A stretch of 39,869 nucleotides of DNA, from NCBI GenBank assembly GCA_001786745.1, contig MFTF01000008.1:1-39869 (forward strand), read 5' to 3'. A model generated the notes under the pieces. The model was not told the origin of the DNA. It searched no databases and saw only the letters and a list, made by a program, of their open reading frames with translations. This document shows positions 16,399-24,692 of the stretch, piece after piece. Positions within the stretch are counted from its first letter, which is position 1. Each line of letters begins with the position of its first letter. Made by a program: the position numbers and the translations under genes. The DNA is from Candidatus Nomurabacteria bacterium RIFCSPHIGHO2_01_FULL_36_23 (GTDB lineage: Bacteria > Patescibacteriota > Minisyncoccia > Phycocordibacterales > UBA9973).

Positions 16399-17241
16399 TT
16401 ACTTATTCTTCCCAATTCTGCGCCTTGAGATGATAAAAACATTTGAGTATTTCTTCGGACCACGAGTTTTGCGTCCGCCAGTAACCTTGCCCCACATTGT
16501 CTTTGGGCGCTTGGTTCCGCGTCCTTGCCGACCTTCCCCGCCTCCGTATGGATGATCAACCGGGTTCATGGCAGTTCCGCGAACTGTTGGTCTTATTCCC
16601 TTCCAACGAGAGCGCCCAGCTTTACCATAATTTTCCAAATGATGCTCTTCGTTAGAAACAGTACCAATGGAAGCCCAGCAGTTTTCATTTATTTTTCTGA
16701 TTTCAGTTGAAGGCATTTTAAGATTGGCGTACCCGTCAGCATTGGCAATTACTTGGGCAAAAATTCCTGCCGAACGACCAATTTTCGCGCCACCTTGTGG
16801 TTTTATTTCAATATTATAAACAAAAGTTCCGACTGGAATATTTTTAAGGGGCAACCTATTGCCCGCCACAAGTGGAGCTTTTGGAGAAACAATAAAAGAG
16901 TCCCCGGATTTAACAGATTTTGGTAATACCACATATCTTTTTTCTCCATCTTTGTAGACAGCCAATCCGATAAAAGCTGAACGATTTGGGTCATATTCCA
17001 CAGATTTTATCTTGGCTGGAATTTCTTTTTTATCGTATAAAAAATCAATCTCGCGATACAGGCGCTTGTGTCCTCCGCCTTTGTGCCTCATAGTGATCCG
17101 TCCCTGACTGTTACGCCCAACCGAACGTTTAAAACCATAGGTTAGAGATTTTGTCGGTAAAGACTTTTTTGTTAAAACGTCACGATAGGTGACATTCGTC
17201 ATTTGTCTTCTGGATTTACTTGTGGGTTTGTAGGTTTTCAT
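16399..17241 (-). CDS. rplB: 50S ribosomal protein L2
   Basis: GRNSQGRITMRHKGGGHKR...MNPVDHPYGGGEGR. Confidence 0.97.
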   Translation of the reverse strand: MKTYKPTSKSRRQMTNVTYRDVLTKKSLPTKSLTYGFKRSVGRNSQGRITMRHKGGGHKRLYREIDFLYDKKEIPAKIKSVEYDPNRSAFIGLAVYKDGEKRYVVLPKSVKSGDSFIVSPKAPLVAGNRLPLKNIPVGTFVYNIEIKPQGGAKIGRSAGIFAQVIANADGYANLKMPSTEIRKINENCWASIGTVSNEEHHLENYGKAGRSRWKGIRPTVRGTAMNPVDHPYGGGEGRQGRGTKRPKTMWGKVTGGRKTRGPKKYSNVFIISRRRIGKNK

Positions 17242-17250
17242 AAATATGTT

Positions 17251-17287
17251 TTAGGTGTTGGACACCTATCAGGTGTCCAACACCTAA
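17251..17287. repeat. family-A palindromic element, copy A6 (rplW/rplB spacer)
   Basis: TTAGGTGTTGGACACCT - atc - AGGTGTCCAACACCTAA, with 17-bp arms. The rplW stop codon (17284-17286) lies inside the element. Confidence 0.9.
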
Positions 17288-17559
17288 ATAAATTCAATTT
17301 TGTCGCCCTTCTTTAAATAAACAAGAGCCTTTCTGCCTCCGCCCCTGACACCCATTTTTCCTTTGGAAACAATGTGTTTTCTGGGTATTGATAAAATATT
17401 TACTTTAACAGGATTTATTTTATAAAGCGTAAATACAGCTTTCTTTATTTCTGTTTTGTTGGCAGAAGAAGAGACATCAAAGGTGTAGATATTATGTTCT
17501 TGGGTAAAAGAAGCTTTTTCTGTAACTCTTGGATTTTTAATAATTGTTTTTATGGTCAT
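17284..17559 (-). CDS. rplW: 50S ribosomal protein L23
   Basis: MTIKTIIKNPRVTEKA...YTFDVSSSANKTEIKKAV. ATG 17559 is preferred over track start 17613. Confidence 0.9.
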   Translation of the reverse strand: MTIKTIIKNPRVTEKASFTQEHNIYTFDVSSSANKTEIKKAVFTLYKINPVKVNILSIPRKHIVSKGKMGVRGGGRKALVYLKKGDKIEFI

Positions 17560-17578
17560 ATAATTTCTTGCGAAGATT

Positions 17579-17618
17579 CCTAGGTGTTGGACACCTTTTA
17601 AGGTGTCCAACACCTAGG
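17579..17618. repeat. family-A palindromic element, copy A7 (rplD/rplW spacer)
   Basis: CCTAGGTGTTGGACACCTT - tt - AAGGTGTCCAACACCTAGG, with 19-bp arms. Confidence 0.9.
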
Positions 17619-17619
17619 G

Positions 17620-18282
17620 TTATCCTCTTGATTCTAAAAACTTCACGCTTTCGGTGGGATTTTCTATTAAAAGGTACTGATGATTTAATACGTCAAATGG
17701 ATTTAAATTTTTAAGAAAAACTATTTCAAGTTGAGATATATTTCTAAAACTTTTTTCTGTTTTTTCATTTCGTCCATAGAGAGCGGTAAGAACTTTGGGT
17801 TTTTTGTGTTTGTTTGTAAGTATTTTAAATCCGCCGGCTTTGACTAAATTATTCATTACCTCCACACCTGCTTTTGTTTTTATGGAAGGTAAACTAAGCA
17901 AATCAACAAAAAGTATCTCCCCGTCTTTTAATTTTTTTGAGAGCACAGAAAAGAGCGCTTGCGCGCGCATTTTCTTTGAAATTTTTCTCTTATAATTTTT
18001 CTCCGCAAGCGGACCATGAGTAACACCTCCACCAACCCAAACAGGACTTCTGGAAGATCCATGACGAGCTCTACCTGTCCCTTTTTGTTTCCAGGGTTTC
18101 CTGCCCCCACCCCTAACTTCTCCACGGTCTTTAGTGTCGGCGGTGCCGGCGCGCTTATTGCTACGCATCCCTTCTACAACTTGATGAACCAAGTCAGCGC
18201 GCCACTTAGCGGCAAAAACTTTTGCAGGAAGAGATATCGTTCTCGTTTCTTTTCCTTTTTGATTGTAAATTTTTGCTTCCAT
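17620..18282 (-). CDS. rplD: 50S ribosomal protein L4
   Basis: GGGRKPWKQKGTGRARHGSSRSPVWVGGGVTHGP. Confidence 0.95.
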   Translation of the reverse strand: MEAKIYNQKGKETRTISLPAKVFAAKWRADLVHQVVEGMRSNKRAGTADTKDRGEVRGGGRKPWKQKGTGRARHGSSRSPVWVGGGVTHGPLAEKNYKRKISKKMRAQALFSVLSKKLKDGEILFVDLLSLPSIKTKAGVEVMNNLVKAGGFKILTNKHKKPKVLTALYGRNEKTEKSFRNISQLEIVFLKNLNPFDVLNHQYLLIENPTESVKFLESRG

Positions 18283-18295
18283 TGTTAAGTTTTTT

Positions 18296-18352
18296 CAAAA
18301 AAGCCCCCTTGAAGGGCTTTCTTAATCTACTCTTTTTTGGATAAATAGTCAA
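18296..18352 (-). repeat. element B copy 1: TTGACTATTT promoter-like box plus AAAGCCC/GGGCTTT terminator-like hairpin, between hicA and rplD
   Basis: Minus strand reads TTGACT atttatccaaaaaagag TAGATT AAGAAAGCCCTTCAAGGGGGCTTTTTT. It is about 80% identical by eye to 37291-37346. Confidence 0.6.
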
Positions 18353-18359
18353 TAAAAAA

Positions 18360-18575
18360 TTACAAGCTCCGTTCTTTAATTTCTGCGTCTCTTAAGATAT
18401 TTTTTAGAATTTTGGGATGAATTATTTTTGATGCATGATTCGGAATAGTAATGCGAACTCCTTTTTTATTATAAAAAATCATATGGCTTCCACTCTGGCG
18501 GGACAGAGAAAATCCTTTAGATTCTATAATTTTCCTAATCTGTCGAGCGGTGAAACGTAAAGATTTAGGGGACAT
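18360..18575 (-). CDS. hicA: HicA-family mRNA interferase toxin
   Basis: 71 aa, ...KGFSLSRQSGSHMIFYNKKGVRITIPNHASKIIHPKILKNILRDAEI. Confidence 0.8.
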   Translation of the reverse strand: MSPKSLRFTARQIRKIIESKGFSLSRQSGSHMIFYNKKGVRITIPNHASKIIHPKILKNILRDAEIKERSL

Positions 18576-18578
18576 GAG

Positions 18579-18809
18579 CTATGCTACTGCAATCTGAAAA
18601 TTAGAAAGACTGAAAGATCTTTCCGGGGCATTTAATTTTTCTCTTCTTGCCGTTCTATCTTCCAAATTAAGCTTAATAGCGTCTTTGATATTTTTTACCA
18701 CCTCTTCATATGTCTTGCCCTGTGTATAGCAGCCCTGCAAATCCAAACACTCGGCCACAAAGCCGTTTTTATCTTGCTCTATAATGACTGAAAAATTTTG
18801 AATTTTCAT
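18579..18809 (-). CDS. hicB: HicB-family antitoxin (UPF0150 fold)
   Basis: 76 aa, FSVIIEQDKNGFVAECLDLQGCYTQGKTYEEVVKNIKDAI. Lies 3 nt upstream of hicA. Confidence 0.8.
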   Translation of the reverse strand: MKIQNFSVIIEQDKNGFVAECLDLQGCYTQGKTYEEVVKNIKDAIKLNLEDRTARREKLNAPERSFSLSNFQIAVA

Positions 18810-18815
18810 ATTTAT

Positions 18816-18821
18816 ATTCTA
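18816..18821 (-). promoter_or_regulatory. -10 box TAGAAT, 6 nt upstream of the hicB ATG 18809
   Basis: Minus strand reads TAGAAT-ataaat-ATG. The same ataaat-ATG junction precedes the second hicB at 30418. Confidence 0.4.
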
Positions 18822-18886
18822 ACAAATTCCACAAAAAAAACACAACATTGACAACCTGCGCACGATGAGGATTCGTACTTGGTGAT

Positions 18887-18997
18887 TTATTGTGATTTTG
18901 GTTGGGTTATTACGTAGACGGTTACTAAGACGACGGCCACTATAAATACTGTATTAAATGAAGGAATATTCCAGCCCAGGAAATCATTTAAAAACAT
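18887..18997 (-). CDS. candidate sORF: 36-aa hydrophobic peptide
   Basis: MFLNDFLGWNIPSFNTVFIVAVVLVTVYVITQPKSQ*. It has one TM helix and is locally GC-richer. A 21-aa ORF (19049-18984) overlaps it in another frame, so the region may be a decayed gene. Confidence 0.25.
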   Translation of the reverse strand: MFLNDFLGWNIPSFNTVFIVAVVLVTVYVITQPKSQ

Positions 18998-19055
18998 TAG
19001 TGTTTAATCCAATAATAACTCCCGTAAGTCTAAACGCTAATTTCTTCATGTTTAT

Positions 19056-19083
19056 ATTTTAGCAAATCCTAAAACGATAGCAA
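19056..19083 (-). promoter_or_regulatory. sigma70-like promoter TTGCTA-16-TAAAAT, 6 nt upstream of ATG 19049
   Basis: Minus strand reads TTGCTA tcgttttaggatttgc TAAAAT ataaac ATG. Confidence 0.35.
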
Positions 19084-19106
19084 TAATTTCATTAGCTAGA
19101 TACCGT

Positions 19107-19129
19107 AGATAGCGCCTAAGGCGCTATCT
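19107..19129. repeat. perfect 10-bp palindrome with 3-nt loop overlapping the rplC stop codon
   Basis: AGATAGCGCC-taa-GGCGCTATCT. The rplC stop codon (19124-19126) lies in the right arm. Confidence 0.8.
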
Positions 19130-19747
19130 GCTTATAACTTCCACCAAACTGCCACGCCGACCTGCAACTGCTCCTTTTATGAGCATTAAATTATTTTCTT
19201 TATCCACAAAAACAACTTGCAAATTTTTTTGTGTAACGCGTTCGCCACCCGTCCTGCCCGGCATTCTCATACCTTTAGGAACATGAGTACGCAGTCCTCC
19301 ACCGATTGACCCTGCCTCTCTTTCTGAATGCTTCTGACCATGGGTACGCGGACCACCATGAAAACCATGACGCTTTACAACACCCTGAAAACCTTTACCT
19401 TTTGAAATGCTCGAAACTTGTAATTTATCACCTGGAACAAAAACCGAAATATCAATACTGTCGCCCTTTTTTACATCTATTTTGTCTGTAGGTTTAAGTC
19501 TAAATTCTTTAAGAGTTTTAAAAAGTTCACCCGTAACTCTAGTCATAACTCCAGTTTGAGCTTTATTAATTCTTTGTTTTTTTCCTACTCCAAAACCTAC
19601 CTGTACGGCATTATAACCATCTTTGGATTTTTCAAAAACTCTTGTCACTGTCACAGGTCCCGCAGAAACTAAGGTCACTGGAATAACCAGACCTTCTTCA
19701 GAGAAATACTCCGTCATTTTTTCTTTTGTTCCCAATATAAATTTCAT
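19124..19747 (-). CDS. rplC: 50S ribosomal protein L3
   Basis: GKGFQGVVKRHGFHGGPRTHGQKHSEREAGSIG. Confidence 0.95.
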   Translation of the reverse strand: MKFILGTKEKMTEYFSEEGLVIPVTLVSAGPVTVTRVFEKSKDGYNAVQVGFGVGKKQRINKAQTGVMTRVTGELFKTLKEFRLKPTDKIDVKKGDSIDISVFVPGDKLQVSSISKGKGFQGVVKRHGFHGGPRTHGQKHSEREAGSIGGGLRTHVPKGMRMPGRTGGERVTQKNLQVVFVDKENNLMLIKGAVAGRRGSLVEVISR

Positions 19748-19809
19748 TGTTTTCTTTACAGTCCGCCAGGAGCGGATTTTGAAAATATAGTCGCTTTGCT
19801 CCTTATTTT

Positions 19810-20235
19810 CTACAACATTTTAACATCAATATCAATTCCGGAAGGAAGTGATAAATTAGTCAGCGCTTCAACTGTCTTTCCATTTGGATTTATAATATCA
19901 ATCAATCTTTTGTGCACTCTTATTTCAAATTGTTCCCGTGTATTTTTGTAAATAAATGGAGAACGATTAACTGTATATTTTTTAATTTCAGTGGGTAAAG
20001 GTACCGGGCCCACAATTACTGCATCATAGCGCACAGCGGTATCCATAATCTGTTTAACCGAGCTATCAAGAATTTTACTTTCATACGCTCGTACACGTAT
20101 GCGAAGCACTACTTTATCTTCTTTTCCAATAATATGGACAGGTTTTTTCTCTTTTTTAACAGAGACTTTTGGCAATCTTACATTAACCTTAGTCGGGGTC
20201 TTAGGTTTTTTTATTTTTACTTCTTTAGTTACCAT
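19810..20235 (-). CDS. rpsJ: 30S ribosomal protein S10 with a Lys-rich N-terminal extension
   Basis: LRIRVRAYESKILDSSVKQI...VNRSPFIYKNTREQFEIRVHKRLIDI. 141 aa. Confidence 0.9.
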   Translation of the reverse strand: MVTKEVKIKKPKTPTKVNVRLPKVSVKKEKKPVHIIGKEDKVVLRIRVRAYESKILDSSVKQIMDTAVRYDAVIVGPVPLPTEIKKYTVNRSPFIYKNTREQFEIRVHKRLIDIINPNGKTVEALTNLSLPSGIDIDVKML

Positions 20236-20249
20236 AAAATTAACGGATT

Positions 20250-21443
20250 TTATGCAAGAATTTTTATAACCACTCCAGCGCCAACGGTTTTACCTCCTTC
20301 ACGAATAGCGAATCTCTGTGCTTCCTCCAGCGCAACTGGAGTAACTAATTTAACTGTAATCTTTACCGTATCTCCGGGCATAACCATCTCTGTTCCTTCA
20401 GCTAGAGTCACATCACCAGTCACATCAGTCGTTCGAATATAAAACTGCGGCTTATAACCTTTAAAGAAAGGGGTGTGGCGTCCGCCTTCTTCTTTTTTTA
20501 AAACATATATCTCAGCGGTAAAGCTATCGTGCGGAGTAGTTGTCCCGGGTTTACAAAGCACCTGCCCGCGAGTTATGTCTTCTTTCTTTAGACCGCGTAG
20601 AAGCACACCGGCATTATCTCCCGCCATACCTTCTTGCAGATTTTTATTAAACATTTCAATTCCAGTAACTGTTGTTTTTTGAGTTGGTTTGATTCCAACG
20701 ACCTCCACATCTTCGCCAACTTTTACTATACCTCTTTCAATCTTTCCAGTCACAACTGTACCTCGGCCCTCAATAGAAAAAATGTCTTCAACCGGCATAA
20801 GAAAAGGCTTGGCTGTATCACGAACCGGAATTGGAATATAAGTATCAAGCGCATTTACAAGTTCAAGAACTTTTTTTGCCCATTCATCATCAAGTGATTT
20901 TGATTCAAGGGCCTTAAGCGCAGAACCGCGAATAACCGGAGCGCCAGCGCCATCAAAACCTTGCTTGGTTAGAAGTTCGCGTATTTCTTCTTCCACTAAA
21001 TCAATCATGTCTTTATCATCAACCATGTCGCACTTGTTTAGGAAAACTATTATCTTTGGCACACCAACTTGCTTTGCCAAGAGAACATGTTCACGAGTCT
21101 GGGGCATAGCGCCATCAGTCGCCGCAACCACCAAAACGGCGCCATCCATTTGAGCGGCACCAGTAATCATGTTTTTAATATAATCAGCATGTCCCGGAGC
21201 ATCAATATGCGCGTAGTGGCGGGCATCTGTTGAGTACTCGTTATGAGAAATGTTAATGGTAATTCCGCGAGCTTTTTCTTCAGGGGCATTATCAATCTGA
21301 TCAACTCCGCGAAGACGAACTTGCTTGCCGGCCATATTTAACACATGCAATATTGCCGCAGTCAAGGTAGTCTTGCCATGGTCAACGTGACCAATGGTTC
21401 CGACATTGATATGCGGTCTGTCTCTTTTAAATTCTTCTGCCAT
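20250..21443 (-). CDS. tuf: elongation factor Tu
   Basis: [19 protein letters not shown]...DAPGHADY...NKCD. Confidence 0.98.
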   Translation of the reverse strand: MAEEFKRDRPHINVGTIGHVDHGKTTLTAAILHVLNMAGKQVRLRGVDQIDNAPEEKARGITINISHNEYSTDARHYAHIDAPGHADYIKNMITGAAQMDGAVLVVAATDGAMPQTREHVLLAKQVGVPKIIVFLNKCDMVDDKDMIDLVEEEIRELLTKQGFDGAGAPVIRGSALKALESKSLDDEWAKKVLELVNALDTYIPIPVRDTAKPFLMPVEDIFSIEGRGTVVTGKIERGIVKVGEDVEVVGIKPTQKTTVTGIEMFNKNLQEGMAGDNAGVLLRGLKKEDITRGQVLCKPGTTTPHDSFTAEIYVLKKEEGGRHTPFFKGYKPQFYIRTTDVTGDVTLAEGTEMVMPGDTVKITVKLVTPVALEEAQRFAIREGGKTVGAGVVIKILA

Positions 21444-21527
21444 AAAATTTATTTTTAATAATGAGAACTCAGCGTACGAGAACCAGTCGCTAAGGCCTAA
21501 TCACTAACGATATTAATACTAATAATT

Positions 21528-21561
21528 AAAAAACAAAACAAAAACTGCCAAAAGTGCAGTT
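21528..21561 (-). terminator. intrinsic terminator-like hairpin plus U-rich run after the pyr/hypothetical genes
   Basis: Minus strand reads AACTGC-acttttg-GCAGTT followed by TTTGTTTTGTTTTTT. Confidence 0.5.
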
Positions 21562-21567
21562 CTGTTT

Positions 21568-21595
21568 ATATTATCAGATTAAAAAACATTGTCAA
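21568..21595 (-). promoter_or_regulatory. promoter-like TTGACA-16-TAATAT abutting the terminator hairpin
   Basis: Minus strand reads TTGACA atgttttttaatctga TAATAT aaacag, then the hairpin. Function is uncertain because the predicted start falls at the hairpin base. Confidence 0.3.
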
Positions 21596-21611
21596 ATAGA
21601 TTTAAAATTTT

Positions 21612-22037
21612 TTAGTTAACCTTAAGCGCATCACCTGAAAGTTGGCATCCTGCTTTGAATTGATATGTATTTGAGCATGTTACTTCAATGTATAAATCAT
21701 CTAAATTTTCTCCGGCTTGCGGTGTCCATGTTTCTTGTCCGTCATTAGCAGTATCCACGGCAATTGTTCTTACAATTTCAAATTGTCTTGGAGAATCTGA
21801 AGTTTTTCGAATCAAATTGATATTAACTCCAGTATTTGTCGGGTAGTTGCTTGTTTGCCAAATAACAGTTTTGGCTCCGGCAAGCACGGCTGAAGCTGTT
21901 GAAGTGTCGTCGGCTATGGACAGCGTAGAAACTGTTGCTGTACCAGTTATAGTTTCTTTTTTAGGTAAATAATAAACCCAGAAAACAATTCCAAGAATGA
22001 TGATTATTAAAAGCACAATGTATGTATTCTTATTCAT
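21612..22037 (-). CDS. hypothetical secreted/membrane-anchored protein
   Basis: N-terminal TM helix MNKNTYIVLLIIIILGIVFWVYY followed by a Thr/Ser-rich domain. ATG 22037 is preferred. Confidence 0.5.
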   Translation of the reverse strand: MNKNTYIVLLIIIILGIVFWVYYLPKKETITGTATVSTLSIADDTSTASAVLAGAKTVIWQTSNYPTNTGVNINLIRKTSDSPRQFEIVRTIAVDTANDGQETWTPQAGENLDDLYIEVTCSNTYQFKAGCQLSGDALKVN

Positions 22038-22107
22038 GTTTATATTATATATTATTAATAAATAACCCACAAGAGCATTATATCATATTATCATAAAAAT
22101 TGCAAGT

Positions 22108-22905
22108 TTATCTGTATTTCTTAATTTCTTTATAAAGTTTTCGAGCTTCTTCTTTTGGATTGTCATTAAAAATTATACCACGAGAAGAATTGATAATAAG
22201 ACCGAGACCTTTGCTATTCAAACCTGCTTTTAAAACAGCCCTCAAGTCCCCTTTCTGAGCGCCAATACCCGGAACAAGAAAGGTCATATCTCCTGTAAGG
22301 TTTCTGATCTTTTTCATTTCTTTTGGATAAGTCGCTCCGACAACTAACATGCAGTTTTTGTTTTTATTCCAATCTTTTGATACTTTCTCTGCCACAACCT
22401 GCCATAAGGGCTTGCCTTTCATCTTTAAATCCTGAAATTCCCCGGCGCCGGAGTTGGATGTTCGGCAAAGAATAATGCAACCCTTTTCTTTTCTATCTAA
22501 AAACGGAAGCAAGGCTTTCTTTCCTAAATATGGATGAAGAGTAATAGCATCAAAACCAAACCAATCAAAGAGTGAATCCACATATCCTTGATTGGTATTG
22601 CCTATATCCGCTCTTTTACAATCGCAAATTAAAAACACATCAGGATAATTTTTTTTGAGATAATTTATCGTCATTTTTAATTCTTTAATCCCTTTATCCC
22701 CTCGCGCTTCATAAAAAGCAATGTTTGCCTTAAAAGTAGCCGCATATTGATGTGTTTCTTTTATGATCCACTTGTTAAATTCAAATTGCGGAAATTTCAT
22801 TTTTAAAAAATGTTTTGGAATTTTCGTAAAATCCGTATCTAACCCGACACACAGAAGTGAATTAATTTTCTTAGCTCTTTTGTTGTACTTATCAATGATC
22901 GACAT
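22108..22905 (-). CDS. pyrF: orotidine 5'-phosphate decarboxylase (type 2)
   Basis: LCVGLDTDF...ICDCKRADIGNT...LCRTSN. Confidence 0.9.
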   Translation of the reverse strand: MSIIDKYNKRAKKINSLLCVGLDTDFTKIPKHFLKMKFPQFEFNKWIIKETHQYAATFKANIAFYEARGDKGIKELKMTINYLKKNYPDVFLICDCKRADIGNTNQGYVDSLFDWFGFDAITLHPYLGKKALLPFLDRKEKGCIILCRTSNSGAGEFQDLKMKGKPLWQVVAEKVSKDWNKNKNCMLVVGATYPKEMKKIRNLTGDMTFLVPGIGAQKGDLRAVLKAGLNSKGLGLIINSSRGIIFNDNPKEEARKLYKEIKKYR

Positions 22906-22906
22906 A

Positions 22907-23575
22907 TTAAGTTTCTTTTAAAACATAATCTTTAGCGAATTTTCCATATTCTAATGATTTTTTGTAATCTTGTTTGGTTATTAACTTCTTCAAGAGATAT
23001 AAATTTAAAATATCTTTGAAGCCTAAAATGTTAATCAAATCAAATTTTAGTTTTTTTAATTTCTCTTTTCCTCCTTCTTCCCGATCCACTACCACTATAA
23101 TTTTAGGTATAACTTTAAGGCCATTTTCTTTCAAAACTTTTATGGCTTTAATCTTGGTAAAAGCATAACTTGAGACAACATCATCAATAATCAAAACTTT
23201 TTGCCTGTTTTTAAAAGCGCCATTTATGCTTTGCTTGACCCCGTGATTCTTTTTAATTCCCTTGAGGGCTTCTGATCTAATTGAAATCATTGGAATCTTT
23301 GTTATGTCTGAAATAGTTGTTGTAATTGGAGAGATTGATTGCGGTAAATCGACTAAAATATCCGGTCTTAATTTTTTAACAATGGGAACAATTTGTTTAG
23401 CAATATTTTTTCTAATTCTTGGATCGCGAAAAACATCTCGAAGATTTAGGTAATTCGGACTGAGAGGTGCTTCCGGATGCTCCGCGTGAAGATTAAACTT
23501 AAACCCTTCTTTGGAAAATTTTATGGCCTTGGATTTATAGAAATCCAGCGCTATTTGTTGTAATTTTTTATCCAT
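22907..23575 (-). CDS. pyrE: orotate phosphoribosyltransferase-like (type I PRTase)
   Basis: PRPP-binding motif KVLIIDDVVSSYAFT, located between pyrD and pyrF. Confidence 0.8.
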   Translation of the reverse strand: MDKKLQQIALDFYKSKAIKFSKEGFKFNLHAEHPEAPLSPNYLNLRDVFRDPRIRKNIAKQIVPIVKKLRPDILVDLPQSISPITTTISDITKIPMISIRSEALKGIKKNHGVKQSINGAFKNRQKVLIIDDVVSSYAFTKIKAIKVLKENGLKVIPKIIVVVDREEGGKEKLKKLKFDLINILGFKDILNLYLLKKLITKQDYKKSLEYGKFAKDYVLKET

Positions 23576-23606
23576 AAATTTATCTTAACCCTCCTTCGCT
23601 AAAAAG

Positions 23607-24692
23607 CTACGGGTGGGCAAGCCTTTCTTGTATCTCCTTTGCAAGGTACGGATTCCACATAGCTCCAGTGGCCGACATTACGATATCCGCTCCGGCATTT
23701 CTATATTCAAAAAAATTATCTACTGTAGTTACTCCACCGACACCAATTATAGTATAAGAATATCCTAATTCTTCGCGAATTTTTTTTAATTTTTTTACCA
23801 TATCGATCCCTGCCCATTTGATGGCATGACCGCAAACTCCGCTTCGTAATCTACCCTCTCCCAGCAACGCCTGCTCGCCTTTTTCATCCACAATTTCCGC
23901 AGAAATTGTATTGATAGCAGAAATACCTTGAACGATCTTGCCAATTTCTTTTACAAAATTTCGCAATGCTTCGTTATCTTTAAAATAAGCAATTTTAATA
24001 ATTAAAGGAATTTCTCCAACAACTTCTTTTATCGCTCTGGCTACTTTCACGCTTCGCTTTGTATCGTAACAAAGTAAATTTGCTGTACCTTCATTTGGAC
24101 AACTAAAATTAACTTCAATTACTTTTACTCCGGTATTTCTTAGCAGTTGAGCAGTCGTTCGAAAATCATTAATAAATTCTTCAGTATTTTGCCCTTCTTT
24201 TTTTGTTCCCTGAAAAGAACCGACAACAATTTGCCCCGGACGCGTATTTTCAACCACCTTCGCCAAATCTTTTTGCCAAAATTCTGGATCAAATGATGGC
24301 ACGCCAAAGGAATTGGTAATGGAAAGAGGTTGGCTATACTCGTGATTTGCAATTAGTTTGTTCCGCGCTAAATCTTCAGTTAAATCGCCATCAACTTTTA
24401 CCGATAAAACATTCGGCCATGGATGGCAAGGATATTTCGCGCTACGAACTGTTTTATAAACACAAATATCAAAACCTTTATCTAGCGCCGCCTGCACAAA
24501 TTTTCCATTTATGAGCGGTCCAGCCGGAATACCAAAAGGCGAATTTACTTTGAACCCTAGAAAGTTATATTTTGGTCCATTTGTGTCAAGGGGCATCCTT
24601 GACACTTTTCCATCAGCGAAAGCACCAAAAGGCCCAGCCTTAAAATTTTCCTCATAGGATTTTTCGGGGTCATAGAATGGTTCAAGAAGCAT
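23607..24692 (-). CDS. pyrD: dihydroorotate dehydrogenase-like flavoenzyme (class 1-like)
   Basis: NSPFGIPAGP...NFSCPN...IIGVGGVTT. Confidence 0.85.
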   Translation of the reverse strand: MLLEPFYDPEKSYEENFKAGPFGAFADGKVSRMPLDTNGPKYNFLGFKVNSPFGIPAGPLINGKFVQAALDKGFDICVYKTVRSAKYPCHPWPNVLSVKVDGDLTEDLARNKLIANHEYSQPLSITNSFGVPSFDPEFWQKDLAKVVENTRPGQIVVGSFQGTKKEGQNTEEFINDFRTTAQLLRNTGVKVIEVNFSCPNEGTANLLCYDTKRSVKVARAIKEVVGEIPLIIKIAYFKDNEALRNFVKEIGKIVQGISAINTISAEIVDEKGEQALLGEGRLRSGVCGHAIKWAGIDMVKKLKKIREELGYSYTIIGVGGVTTVDNFFEYRNAGADIVMSATGAMWNPYLAKEIQERLAHP

